A DNA stretch of 63,645 nt, counting the filler, from Choristocarpus tenellus KU-1152 (Eukaryota; Protista; Phaeophyceae), in assembly GCA_964200185.2 (NCBI GenBank). It is 9 parts of 9 records of this genome, joined end to end, with 100 filler letters (N's around TTAATTAATTAA, not from the genome) between each part and the next. Parts side by side here need not be neighbours in the genome. Positions count along the whole stretch, not along the records: positions 1 to 18,006 come from CAXNAD020000591.1; positions 18,107 to 22,955 come from CAXNAD020012807.1; positions 23,056 to 28,176 come from CAXNAD020011805.1; 6 more parts are not named here. The stretch is one strand, 5' to 3'. Positions 13,150 through 26,988 of the stretch are shown here, in pieces. Both the position numbers and the translations under genes were made by a program. Position 1 is the first letter of the stretch. Every line of letters begins with the position of its first letter. The notes beneath the pieces are model-generated. The model was given only the letters and a program-made list of their open reading frames with translations, did not search any database and was not told where the DNA came from.

Positions 13150-13450
13150 CATCAGAAGGCCGTACGTCCAATATACTCAGATGATGATGGCCCAATCTGA
13201 TGAGTCAAAGTAATCGAGAGGCAGGCAAGGTTGATAAAGATCTTGAGAAATGGCAACAAGACGCTATTTAGTACAATGACAACACGAATATATTTTTTGC
13301 GTACACTATTGTGCATATAGCGAGTGTGTTGCACAGGGTAAGAAATATTGCTCAGAATGCTAAAGGGGCCAAACCTGTCTACCTCCCAATGACTTTGGCT
13401 CGATATTGATCCGATAGTCAAAACGAATCACTACCTGTAACCAATTAATG
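13150..13450 (-). mobile_element. Highly degenerate dispersed repeat, possibly gypsy integrase C-terminus; second copy at ~40930-41150 (+)
   Basis: Both share cattgg..aggtag.cagg..gcattctgagc.at.t..ttaccctgtgcaaca; translation RFGPFSIL resembles the GPY/F motif. Confidence 0.45.
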
Positions 13451-16319
13451 TCAGTCTATTTTGTGCCCTACCAAGGCACATCAGAGGTCACTGTTACCAG
13501 GGGGTAATATGGGACTACTAAATGCTCCCTGTATATATATATATACAATATTGCTACATAGTACTAAAAGAGCACAACACGCATAGCGCTTCCAATCTCA
13601 TAGACATCCTCATACTACTAGCACTACAACTTTTCTGGGCTTTTTTGTGGACCCCAATGATCTTAAGAAGGTTGTTACCTGCATTAAGTTCGTGGGCTCA
13701 AACACCAATGACGTCAGACTTTCCTTTCATGGAAATCTGGTTTCAACTATCCAACCCCAAGTGGCAACCACAACAGATTGTACACCAGTACTATATCCTG
13801 TCTGTCACTACACTACAACCCCCCAACCAGGATCAAGCGACCACAAGGCGGTCCAACAGAAGATTTGAGGAAGGAGGCATCGCAACAAGCAAATGGGATT
13901 GCTGAGGCCAATGTGCAAGAAGCAAGGCGCAAATGTAGGCAATACAATTAATGGTAGTGCAACAGCTGGATACGGCAGTTTATATGAGAACTAGTAGCAG
14001 TGGCAGTGAATAGTGCCTCTCATCACGGGTCAGGATAGTCCCTTGATTGATGCAAAGACAAGAAAAAAAATAGTATAATAATATAATACGAAAGTATCTA
14101 CTCCAGAGTACATAGGACTATATTGCCAACTACTACTATCATATTTCACACAGTTAATCATGAAGCGAACTATTAACGTTACTGATCACGGACGACTCCA
14201 GAGTGAGTATTTCATGTCAATATTACGGATGAATAATATCCAAGACACATTTAAGCGATCACAAATGGAGATTGGAAAACAAACGTGTCAATTTTGACAG
14301 ATAATCTCATGTAGTTTAATGGGTGAGCAAACCAGAGGTGATGACAACAATCTTTGGAGTGACAATATAGACATAATTCAACGAAGGACAGAAAATCGAA
14401 ACCCTGATGTACCAACAAAGACAAACTCTGGGTTTATATATTAAGGGCGGTCAATAAATAATGTAGTCGAATAAGCAGTCAGCAGCGTAGCAGTTTTGAC
14501 AAAAAATCGGAAATTCCTGCTATAAAGATGATCAAGGATCGGTGTATCGGTGTAGTGTTATAAACTAGAAAGTCAATATGAAGATGGAATAGATGCTTTG
14601 CTAATGCTGTATGTCCAATACGTCATACCACCATTGGTTTCTTTCACACAGCCACACCATTCCTTCGACCCTTATCGCTTACACATTGCTCCCTTGACTA
14701 AACTTACCTCGCTTCAAGAAAAGAAAAAAACGGGCACAATGCTTGCTCGCTCCATCAGTCAGTGACGTTTATCCAACTAGTAATGATTTTATTTTAGGCA
14801 TTACCCCCCTCACCACTCTCAATCCACGCCTCACTACAATTAATGTCTATATGTGCCCTCTCTAAGAACTCACACCACACTCCACCGAGTGGCCAGTGAT
14901 ATGTGTGCATGCCAACGAAGAGACAACAGTTACTTCCCCCTTACATGCAACAAGGTCACCAACCTATCTACGCAAAAAAGCCAATAACAGCTACTCTTAA
15001 GAGTAACACAACATGTTCAGGACGAACGAAACAACATAAATCAACAAACAGAAAATTCCTGCCTAGTGTTCCAAATTCACCAAGTATCCACTAAGACTCA
15101 AAATCAACAGCCAAAGTGACAAACAATGCTTGTCCAACAGTAACAACTTCGCTGCCACAAACAAACAAAAAACAGATGCGGCAGCAAAAGCCAAGGAAAC
15201 ACAGAGCAGACAAATCAACACAAAGAATATAGTGCGGTTTTCTCATCAGATATGTGGAGGCCGCAACTGCATGACACCTCCTGCACAGATGACAATAGCA
15301 CAGAAGAAAAGTACCAATCCTGAATACAGTACAATATATATAAATAGCCTCTAGACCCTTCTCCCCACGGCTTGTTTCTCCCCTCTGCCTAGCATCCGAC
15401 AGCAAGGCTTGTTGCAAGCAACTAAGTAGTACTACCTAGAACAACATTTCACATCGGTGCAATGAATGAACAGGTTCAGTCAAGACAGAAAGGGCTAAGA
15501 AACGCGTCAGATGTACATTTCTTTAAAAAAAAAAAAAGTGTTCCTACAGTACCATGTGTACATATGTACAACATGCGTCCACCGAAAACAGGAACCAGCA
15601 ACCAGCACGTCAAGGCAGCTCTAAGCCATAAAGTGTAACCAACACGAGCAAAGGTCGACTCGGCCACAACCCCTTCATCCCCGTCCAAACCCTCTTGCAG
15701 GTGTCACAGGATGATACCGCAAACAATTCAACAGGGAGTCAACTGGAATGCTATCGCACTCCGTAGTAAGATTACTCAGACTTAAAGATTGATATCGTCT
15801 CTAAATCACAACTCCACTCTCAGGTAGGCCCATGGACGAAGCTATGATAACTTCTTTGTGCCCATGTTAAAATGAGGAGACGCCAACAGCAAGGAACACT
15901 TTATCCGCAATGCACCCCCCCTCCCTATGATAGCCCCCACGTATGGAAATATGAGGCTGCCAGTCGAAGACTGGTAAAGGTTGGGGGGGGGGCATCACGG
16001 ACTCAAACTGCAGGAGCAACAAGTAGCAGGATCAATCATTGCTATTACCGTAGCTGCCAGTTCCATTGCATGTTCTTAGGCCCCTAGATAAGATGAGGAG
16101 GGAGAGGGAGTGGATTGGTCAGCATGAACAAACAATCTTGCAAAAACGTAGTTGAAGACACGGATGGAACGATGGTGGATATGGGCTTCAGAGGCGAGCT
16201 GTAGTGGTTGAGATTTAGACCTTTTGAGCACAGTTTTTGGGGGTACTTGTAACAACAGCTAATCAAGAAGTGACAGGACAGAGGTTATCACAGAAGCCGC
16301 ACACTCAAAGGGAAAAAAT

Positions 16320-16346
16320 CACACACACACACACACACACACACAC
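16320..16346. repeat. (CA)n microsatellite; other simple repeats: (AGT)n ~16900-16935, (GTAG)n ~17384-17407, (AC)n ~46509-46543, (GGAT)n ~62064-62087
   Basis: Read directly from the sequence. Confidence 0.95.
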
Positions 16347-18006
16347 GCGCGCGTCTCATCCTCAACAAGGGCCTAATGTTAACATCAAATCCTCCCACCC
16401 AGTGTTTTCTCACACCCCTCCCTTGTCACGAGTGTGATAGACCAGGAAGGCGGGTCAACTGACCAGGCGGTATGCTGGTACTTAGGACACCTTAGCACAA
16501 GGGGGCACTATGGCTTGGTGCTGTTAATTCACCAATTATGATCCCAAAAGTGTTAAGTTTCCTGTCCAAAGTCTTCTGCGTCCACCTTGGACTAGCAATT
16601 ATCGAGACCCCTCCTGGCACCATTCACTCTAAAAAACCGAGCAGTTGGGGCCAGGCAGATTCAACACTCATTTCATTAAGGCGAATTATTCGTCATTGAA
16701 AATAACCCCCCACACGAGGCCATGGAGTTACTTCCATGCCCTTTATATGATCAAATCGCCTTCCTTTCTCCTCATTGTAAAAAAAAACAAGCCCGACAGC
16801 TTAGTCAGAGGCTCTTTTTGCATGTAAGATCGAAGGGATCTTGTCCGCAATAACCCTAACCCTTCAACATATATACACATATTTTTATATTTATATATCA
16901 GTAGTAGTAGTAGTAGTAGTAGTAATAGTAGTAGTAAGAAAGACTAAACAACTATTGCCGAGCAAATAAACCAGCCATACCCTCCCCACCAGGGCAGTTA
17001 TCTTCAATTTGTTTCTCTTTCCTTTTTGGCTCACCCTCTATCATCGGAGCTCGAAACGATTATCGTCAATGAACGGGTGCTGCTCTTCCTTGTTCCCTCC
17101 AAAGTCGCCCCTCCCGCCGGCCCCGTCGTCGGTAGGTTCAGCTTCAGCGTCCTCAGCAGGTGCAGCGCTAGAGGTCAGGACATACCCTGTCTTGCAAAGG
17201 CAGCAAAAGCACCGTTTCAGTCACTGCCTAGCTTCCATGACGCGATGCATGTCCGCCACATCCGATGGTACCAGACCCGTGTCCGCGCGCGCGCGCGACA
17301 GACCATTTTCGGTGAAAAAATAAATAAATAGAAAGAACTATTCTTTTTTTTTTGTCCTTGTCTTCCCATTTTCAAGACCCGTGGTAGGTAGGTAGGTAGG
17401 TAGGTAGCTGCACACGTACGTACTGACCACTTGTCCTCCTTTCTCGGGAAGCGTGTCAGGACTGTCCGTCGACGGAGCGTGACTGGCCCGTATTATTATT
17501 TATTATTGACTTAAGAACATAGTGGGAGGCGTCGTCCATGTTGCGGCGCAAGAACCGAACCTCGGTTGGACCATCAAGGTTCCACCGCGGTCCCTCCGGC
17601 AGTTGGGACCGCGATGTTGCGAAAGATCGCTTTTGCATAATAATAAAATTGCATTCACAGCCCTTCAGGCGCTAGATTGTAAGCCCCCTTTCATCAATTG
17701 TGGGTTCGGACTCGGATGGCTCTTTGTTCTCAACAGTCGCTAAACTCACACGCCCCTCCTCCTCGGAGGGGGGAGTCCCGATCATTCGGAGGCGTTAAAC
17801 ATCTAACATAGGAGAGTTGTCTCCTCGGGAAGAAGCCCCTCCTTATCGTGGGAAGGCTTCGTTTCGTGCCTTACTTCCATCTTTACATCTTTTATCTAAA
17901 AAAAAAAAAGTACATTTTTTTTTTTTTACGTTTTCGTCTCATGTTTCAAGCGGAACCAACACAACCAAATTACTCCCCCCCACTCCTTACCAAACCACAC
18001 AACACC

Positions 18007-18106
18007 NNNNNNNNNNNNNNNNNNNNNNNNNNNNNNNNNNNNNNNNNNNNTTAATTAATTAANNNNNNNNNNNNNNNNNNNNNNNNNNNNNNNNNNNNNN
18101 NNNNNN
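18007..18106. other. Artificial contig-joining linker (44N-TTAATTAATTAA-44N); identical linkers at 22956-23055, 28177-28276, 31315-31414, 35179-35278, 39398-39497, 57575-57674, 60440-60539
   Basis: Eight identical 100-nt blocks; the core gives stop codons in all six frames. Confidence 0.99.
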
Positions 18107-18975
18107 AACGGACGCCGGCACCCCCCCCCAGATACTTTGACCCTTATGAAGATAACAACCCAGGAAATGTTGGTATCAAAGTGCTTGGGTCACTGTGTTG
18201 ATCAAGCTACAATGCCTCAGCTTGTGTAAATGTGAAATAGAAACCTATGATTCCCTATTATTGGTGGTGGGTTGCGCTAGGCCACAACAGATGTCTTAAG
18301 AGGAACTGCACTGAGGTGGAGGGTTTTATAGGAATTGGATCAATGACTACCTTTGTGGGTGTATATCATTACCTTGAATTATTTCCTTGCGTCCCTGAAA
18401 GCAAAAGGTTAAATATCCTGTCTTTGTCAGGAAAGGATTGTCCACTTCCATTCTGAGGAATCTGTATACTGTCTAATCCTTTTGATTTGAAAGTGGAAAC
18501 TCGATTTCTCACCTTCAAGTATTATTGTTCATAACCCTTATATCGGGAGTTCTGGAGTGATGAGGTCCAGTTTTCTTCGAGTTCCAATCTTTTGGACTAT
18601 GTGGAGCAGAAACCGTGTGCCTGCCTACGAGGAACACAGTCACCTCCCACTGGGTGAGCTCAAATCAAAATCTTATTTGCTTAAGGGGCAAACCATTGAG
18701 AGGGCCGAGAGATCTCAATGATTTACTGCTTAAGATAGAGGATTCAAACCTATAAATGACCATCCCGAGTATTCACATCAATTACTCTTTTTGTGGGTAT
18801 GGTGAAACAAGTTTGGAGGTGCAAAAAGAGGTGCACGGGGATCTTCTTCCATTCGAAACTTGACAAAACAGGGATAAAGCCCTGACAACCCATATGTGTA
18901 TGGACCCATCAAATTATCCATGTGAGTGTGGTTGACAAATATGTGTGCACTTGTTAAGGAAAAAACGCCAACAAC

Positions 18976-21900
18976 TTAGCAGGTAAATCGTCCACGAGTT
19001 CGCCTTGAAAAAGGATTCAAACCTTCGTCTCTACTTCTTTTAATGGAATCTGACGTTGTATCAGGCCGGTAACCCACTGTGTGAGTAGTAGATATAGCCA
19101 CAGGGACATCACCTTGAGGGTTTGAAGCAAGAGCATCTTGAATGTTCTCGACGACAATGGCGGCAATTGATTGAGCCAGGTGTGTTTGTGAAGAGTGTGA
19201 TGGTTCGTCGGCTATTGTGGCAGAGGGTGGTCGAGAACCCTGAAAAGACTCTGGCATCGGTATACCTTGGTCACAGGGAGTTTTTGAAGACTTTAGCGTC
19301 AGTACACTTTGGTCAGGAGAAACATCCAGATTGTGTTGTAATCTATATGCTTCAATCATCTCTGCACACTAAGGAATTTCTTTTGCTTTCCGCCAGATAT
19401 CACTAGCTGGAGCAAAACCTCTAAATCTAAGCCAGTATGAATAGTTATGTGGGGATTTCCGACCCACTCCAGGTTTATGGTCTACAATGCCCTCAACAAA
19501 GTATGACCCTAAAGTTGGTAGAACGCTTGAACCTGGTTCTATATCTGTTTCAGGTATTATTCTGCCCAGAAATAAAGAATTGAGAGAGTCAATGTCTGGT
19601 TCAGGAGAGTGGCCCTCTTTGTGTGGTTTAAGTCGTGTTATATACACAGTGATTTCTCGACGGTTGGCCTGCGCCTTCACACGGTAGACTACCGGAGTTA
19701 TCCTCTCTTTTACTTCATATGGTCCTCTCCACGGGGACAGTAACTTAGGGTTAGGAGCGTCTGCCAAAGTGTGGGGTTTGTTTGTGTAGCCACACCTTAC
19801 CACCAACTTCAAAAGTAGGAATGGTGTGTTCAGTGGCCTTGGATTTGTTACGCAAAGTCATCTCACCAATATTCTGTCTAGCCAGTTCATATGCCAGTTG
19901 TAAATTATCCACTTGTTTGTTTACTGTACTCCTGGGTAGAAATAGGCATGGCCTCTGGTTCTCCCAAAATGATATCGATTGGTAATGTGGGACGTCTCCC
20001 AAACATTAAATAAAAGGGTATTTCTTGTACAGTGGTATTGTAAGCGGTATTGTGAGCCAGTTGCACAAAAGGCAATAACGACGCCCATAATCCGATTGCT
20101 TCATATTGGAATACATAGCTAGCATGCCATGCATTGTCTTATGAATTCTTTCAAGAATGCTATTTATTGCCTTGAGGTCGATACGGTGTTGTTTTTGTTT
20201 CCTTGTATCCGTAGATCTTTTGAAGTTCTAGGATCACAGTTTATTTTCAAACTCCTTACCCTGGTCTGAGTGTAAGGTTTCTGGGGCGCAAAAATAGAAA
20301 GCACTTGTTCTGTTTGCTTTTTCTACAGTTGCTTCTCCTTTGTCAGGAATAGCACTGAGTAAACCAAACCTCGTTAAATGGTCGACAGCAGATAAGACGT
20401 AAGTATTTTTCTCTGATTGAGTTTTTTACTTTACCAAATCAATTGCCACTCTCTGAAATGGGGGTGTTACTGGCATATGCTCTGGAGGGTTTGATTGTTT
20501 AGAAGGGGTTATCTTGCGGCTTCGGAATGATTGACATGTTTCACACCAAGCTCGAACATCTTTATGTAAAGTGGGCCACCAAAAGCGGTCACGAATTTGA
20601 TGAAAAGTGTGCTTGAATGCAAGGTGTCCTGAGACTTTATGGTCACGAAGGGCATGAAGTATTAAACCTTGTATCTCAGTGGGTACACTACTAATTGATC
20701 TCGGAATTTATTGTTCTTTCGAAGGTGACTGGGTTGATACGATTTGTATAACATCTGTTTGCCTTCCATTTCTTGTGGGGAAAAGAAGAAGACATGGTAT
20801 ACATTGTGTTTCGTTTTTTGGTAAAATGGCTTTTTCTGGATTAGCCAAATATTTGAAATAGTCTCCATATTGCTTGTTGAGCTTTGAATAGTACTTCAGG
20901 ATCCACTGTTGGGAAAACATAAACGGCACTAGTGAATAGTTCTGTATCATTTTGTACTCTGGTAATTTCACCTAGTTTATCTACTGATAGATCATATGCA
21001 GGGTAAACCTTGGGCGTGGAGATATCCGACTCTGTTTGGCCTATATTACGGCACAGTGGAGCTAGTGGAAGTGGTGTTTCATTCAACATAAATTCCTCCA
21101 ACCGTGCCCGGTTTAACATATCCGGAATGTAGTGTAAACGTCCCGACTTATGTAAAACTGTGAAGTCAAAAGCTTGTAGGGCTAAGGCCCACCTGGTCAA
21201 CATATATCTTGCATTGTATGTAACCAACGTAATGCCGAATGATCACTTACAACTGTAAAGTGCTTTCCCCAAATATATGGGCGCCAATGTGTGATGGCAA
21301 GAATGACGACCAGACATTCTTTCTGAGTTGCTGAATATCGTCTTTGGGTTGGCTGAAAAAGAGCACTGTGGTAGGCTACAATTTGGAAACTATCATCCTC
21401 ATTTTTATGTGCCAAGAAAGTTCCTGTGCCAACATCGCTAGCGTCCATGTGAATAAAGAACTCTCGATTAAAATCTGGAAAGCTTAACACTGGCGCCATA
21501 GTTAATAGACGTTTGCACTCATTAAAAGAATTTTGCTGTGTTGGTCCCCATAGTTGAGATAGACTTTTGTCTTTTCCAGCATTTTTCGTACTTTTCCTTG
21601 TAAGTGACACTAGGGGTTCAGTTATTGTAGCCAAATGGGGAATATATTTCCTAACAAAGTTCATGGAACCTAGAAAGGATTCTAATTCCTTTACTGATTT
21701 AGGGGCTTTCAGAGCGGTAATAGCCTGGATTCGATCTGGTGACACAGCAATACCACTAGGGCTGATTTCATGTCCCAAAAAATGAATTGTTTTTGAGCCA
21801 AATTGGGCTTATAGAGGGTTTGAGGGTGACTCCTACTTGCTGCAGTAACGACAATACACTCTCAAGAAGTTGGATATGATGGTTCCACATTGGGGAGGCT

Positions 21901-22689
21901 AGTACAATGTCATCAAGATAAATCAGTGAGCCCATACTCCGTCCTAGTGTTGAAAACGTTTCAGACATGAAGCGTTGATATATCCATGGTGCATTAGCAA
22001 CACCAAAAGGGTAGCCTTTTGAATTCGTACTTTCCATCCATTGTGAAAAAGACAGTTTTTTGGCATTCGTTAGCGTCGGTGATTGGTAGTTGCCAGTAGG
22101 CTGACTGAACATTGAGACACGACAGGTATTTTTCTCCCCCCCTAGTGTACTCAAACAGTCTTCCATAGGTTATAACGGCCAGGAATTACGTGCCAAATTT
22201 TTGTTCAATGAGAGCCTAAAGTCTACACAGAATCGAGGAGACCCATCAGGTTTTGTCACTATGACTACTGGTGACGCCCAAGGACTTGAGGAGGGTTGAA
22301 TTATTCCCTGATTTTCCATGTCCTCCACACAAGTACGTATTGTCTCACATATTTTGGGTGCGGTCTGATATGGTGGACGGTTCACAGGGACTGTACCTGG
22401 TTTAAGTGGAAATTCAACACTGGTATTATTGCAACAGCCTAGTTCTTCAGAAGTGAGTGAAAATACAGGTCGATATTAGGCAACAAGGTCAAATAGTTCT
22501 TCTTGTTCCTTATCAGATAATACTGTATCTACCAGGGCTTTTTTACCAAAACTTCTTTCAACTCATCACGGGCTTGTTTAAGCTCCTCTGGGGCGTTTGG
22601 GGTAGCCGCTATGGTACTGGTCTCTGCTTCAGAAAGGGTATGAATTTGGTCCACTGGTGCTATATGACCTACAACAAATTGAGGAGGTA
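18976..22689 (-). mobile_element. Ty3/gypsy chromovirus pol pseudogene (RT, RNase H, integrase, chromodomain)
   Basis: SSSPWASPVVIVTKPDGSPRFCVDFR, PFGVANAP, YLDDIV, MDASDVG, YSATQKECL, SDHSAL, WRGPYEV, chromodomain YFVEGIVDH..YWLRFRGF..DIW; multiple stops and frameshifts. Confidence 0.96.
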
Positions 22690-22955
22690 TGTTAAAACAT
22701 AGGCTACTCATTTGTTCCTTGTTGATAGGATACATATCTACCAGCTTGTACTGACTGTTGATTGGTACACTGCACTGGTTGTTAGTGTTCATTTATTTAT
22801 TGCGCATTCCAACTCATCATCACATCGATGACGGTAGATAGAAGAATAGCATCAGTTTATATTCAGGTGATCCACATCACACACAGGAACATCATAGCAC
22901 ACGTCATCAAAGTTACTTCGGAACTTGCATCAAGTGCGTTCCACTGTTACCTTGT
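22690..22955 (+). mobile_element. Fragment of a degenerate copia-like repeat abutting the gypsy element
   Basis: tgttaaaacataggcta..ctgactgttgattg matches ~30881-30960 and the reverse complement of ~37700-37800. Confidence 0.65.
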
Positions 22956-23229
22956 NNNNNNNNNNNNNNNNNNNNNNNNNNNNNNNNNNNNNNNNNNNNT
23001 TAATTAATTAANNNNNNNNNNNNNNNNNNNNNNNNNNNNNNNNNNNNNNNNNNNNTTGTTGGTAATATCGGCAGGATGATCTGCCGAGTCTCTCACCTGT
23101 ACCCCCCAGTTTATCGGGTTTTGGGACGCAAAAGACAAGAGTTAGGATGGGTGTGGAGGTAATGCGTCAAGATTGATATCACGAGTGGTGAGGTAAATCG
23201 TAGGGCCCCCCACCTATGAAGGCAAAATC

Positions 23230-24290
23230 TGGATCAACACCTCCAGCACACAATCTCGGTACAATCTATATTCACACTGGTACCCTGCTTCTGATTTCTG
23301 ACCTGATAAATGAGAGGATAGGGAGAGCCACTATAACCCTGTAGCCGCCAGTACTCAAGAAGCACACCGTTGCAGGGCTCAGCCAGTGACCTTGTCGTAT
23401 CTATCTCCTTAGCCGACTTTGAGAACTTCTCTCCTAGGATTAGAGTCCAAATCATGAGTAGCAAAAGTGTTCAATCGGCAAGTCATCAAGCCTATTTGTA
23501 TGGTAGGCCACATACCACCCTCGACAGAGTTGACGTAGAGGGGCAGGGCTGGGCGCAAAATGGAATCTTCATCATCAGGGTCAGTCCAGTGTGAGAGGAA
23601 CGCGGAAGAAGGACCGGCACTGGTAAGAATGCACTCACAACCTTAGTCGGGGACAGAAGCAAGAAATCGTGTCCAAACCACAAAAGACTTTGTTCGGCCT
23701 TTGTGGAGAGTAACATAACTGCGATCCTCACCCCTGACACAGTCCATTCATGCCCGTAAGGCAGTCGTAAACAGTAGAACAATGAGCGAACGGCGATCCC
23801 TCTCCTCACCTGGAACTACCCACCCCCACAATATTTAAGCAGAACCTCAACCCCACCCAAAAAACACATTGGAGTGCAACTCACCCGGAGTCTGGTTCAT
23901 ACCATCACCACCCCGAAGGGATCGATGGGTACATTCAGTGCAGCAACGAGTGTAGAAGGAGAGAGTCTTCGGGGTTGATAGATACTCGGCTTCGGTTTTA
24001 TAGATGGGCTTCCCAAAGGCAACTTCCCCCGAGTCGGTGAAAATGCCCGGTACCAATGAGGTGACATTCACAGATGTACATGTGGCTGTCATAATCATGC
24101 AGGGAGTAAAGAGTGTAGAGAGGTTGGAGCTCCATCAGGAAAACGATCATGGTCCAGGATTTGAAAAGCATGTATGTTTGATGAGATCGAAGGTGAGTCA
24201 ATCTGCCACAAGACATACTCGAGGACTGTTGAAAAAGTCTATTGATTCCAGCCTGTCAAGTACCACAAGTATCTAATAGTTGCCTACACT
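23230..24290 (-). mobile_element. Highly decayed gypsy-like integrase remnant
   Basis: ILVVLDRL (cf. integrase ILVVVDRL) near 24250-24275 and a downstream GSPYPLIYQV GPY-like motif; many stops. Confidence 0.45.
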
Positions 24291-26988
24291 TCCTCAAGTC
24301 TGGCTGGTCAGGTGATGATGGAAAATAGCGGTATGGGAGAGTGGAGGTGTATATAAATAGATACTTCACATTCGTCACTTACATTGGGCTCCTACGATAC
24401 TTGCCATGGTCGCGAAGACCAGCAACAGGGAATGAACCAGAGTTTGCATTGTACTCGACCTAAGGGTCTCTGGATATATAGATGTAAACTGGTATTGCAA
24501 AGCAGGGTATAACCGTAGAAATATAGCAAAGTAGTGGAGTGGTGCTGGGATTGGTCAGGATAAAGAATGGGGTTTGTCTGGCAAGTTTGGACTGGAGATA
24601 AGGGCTATCCACAACAAACCTTGCGGAAATTCAGAGTATTAGTTATTTTTTGGAATAATTATTATACAGAGAATGCAGGATATCATATGATGATGGGATC
24701 CGATTTGGGGTTGTGGAGTTATTATTGTGGTACTTTGTACTAGTGTAGATACAACAGAAACAAAAGGTGGAAACAGAGGGGAAAAATACATAGATGCTGG
24801 TTATTTGTTCCACACTTCTACATTCATGTTGCACAACAAAATCTAACACCACTACAATAATTCTGTGAAGCGGTTATTCTTATATCTTACTATCGTATCA
24901 TTTGGGACCTGTCCATTGATCACTTCCAGTTATAATTTTTAATCTAAGTGTGGATTTCTCCGTAATCTTAGAAAGGGGTACTCATAGATGTTTTGTTGGG
25001 GGATCAATGGTGTCACCTTACAAACAACTATACCGTCACGATATTGACGTAGTAAAGTGGAGTGTTCGACCTATGATTTTTTATTCATCTTAACTGTATT
25101 TCAATACTCTCACACTAAATAAAATACTCTTACACTGACATTTTGGATATGTGTATGTAGAGGCGAGACAAAGATCGAGAAAAAACACAACAAAAAAACT
25201 GCTGAATGATGAGGCGATATATTATGCTGTGGGTGGTGGTATCTATCTTGTTTCAAATGAATAATACTTAATTTATATATAATATATTTGATGGACCTCT
25301 ATTGTTTATTGTGTTTGATGTATGTATTCTTTACCTGGTGTCTCTTCTTCCCCAGACTTTATTTCTGTTGTGCTTCTTCTTTTTCTTATCATGTAGTATT
25401 CTATGATAACCTTAGGTTAATGTCAGTGGAAATGGAATTTAAAATATATTTAACCTCGTATTATCAACACGGTTTAGAACAACAGTGAAAATGTGTGTAC
25501 TCCATAACATGATATAATATCTTTCCACAACACGAATTAGAGGGGTTGGTCACGAACGGATTCCTCGTCAAGAGTAGGCTCTATTGGACATTTCAATGAT
25601 TTCATGAGGCACAACCTTAGGGCGGATCAAAACGGAGAGACCTTCCATTCGGTAGTTGATACGATCTGATCAGCGAATAAAACTTGCAATGACGTATTGA
25701 CACCTACACGGCTCCATCCCTCCATTGATTTAGTAGGATTTAATTAGAGAAGCTGATAGAGCCTTTGTCATCACTACTCTCCTGTATTCTTTTTGCTGAG
25801 TTGACTAAGATTAGCAAGGTGTTCTACTCCCCTGGCATACATCCTGCCAATCAATATTGCTTCTGTCTAAAGTGTTGTGTGTGTATGTGTATGCATCAAG
25901 GGCAACATGTCTTAATGGCGGTTTCGTAAATGCTATTACGACCTTGAATTCCTAGATTTTATATCTTTGTACTTGTTGACAATAAAGTTACTGTTTAGTC
26001 ATTATGAGGCCATGCACTTAGTACGAACGGTTGCTCAGTCCTCTTCACACCCCAATGAAATTAATAAATCGAAGTGAGAGATCCAGCATATTTGGGGACA
26101 TTTCCTTTTCATGAACCTTACGAGTCTCGTCTACACCTCACAGGCTTGCTCCTTCTGAGGGCAGTTGGCAATGGCACGCTTGACTCTGGCAACAACCTGG
26201 CATGGCTAAAGCGCATTATCGTTCTGCGCAGCGACAACCTTGATAGCAGAGAAGAAGCAGCTAAGCGTTTGAGAAATGCCTCTTTTCTTGTGTGCAGGCA
26301 AATCCAGATGTTGCTGTTGCATGGCTGAAGATATATTCCCCTTTCCAAAGGGACATATCTTAGCAGCAAATAGGATCTCATGGCGGAAGTAAGCACACTC
26401 ACCAACATGTGCGCAGCAGAATTAGCTACACGTGCAACTAGTCCAAGAAACGCCAAGGTGTGAAGTAGCCCTTCCTCAACCCTTAGACGCCAACTCAATA
26501 CCAAAAGCTCAACCACACACCATTCAATACTGGGCCTACTCTGTTGAGATTGTCAGAGACCAAGTAAACCGCTTAATGATTGAGCACTGGCTTGCTCTTA
26601 CATTGAAGGCAAGTACTACTAACCCTTTGGCACGTGTCCCGTGATTGCTCCAATTGAAGTAGCTGAGATGAGGTTTGACTGGGTCACATGACATATGCAA
26701 ACACACGCACACACAAACATATTCCTTCTTTGTCGCTTCCACCTTCCCCCACCCCCCCACCCTATCCGACCTGCCCTAAAATTTCCATCTTCACAATTCT
26801 CTGTGACATACACCATCCTTTTCACACAATTACCCTAGTTGGTTTATACACAAGACAGTGTGCCATCCCGGCAACTGCTCTAACTCATTTACTCCTTCCC
26901 TTTCTCTGACCATGGAGTGTGTATTCTCATGCATTATACAAGTAGGTTTGTGCGATCTGTTTTGGAGTGAAATAGATGTGAATATGTA

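Noticed and set aside
16851-16863. Telomerase RNA template
   Set aside because: Only two CCCTAA-like units in AT-rich simple sequence with no supporting structure
18007-18106. Recurrent TTAATTAATTAA motif and ORFs containing X or ending in LIN
   Set aside because: Assembly linker; ORFs and gene neighbourhoods across linkers are artefacts
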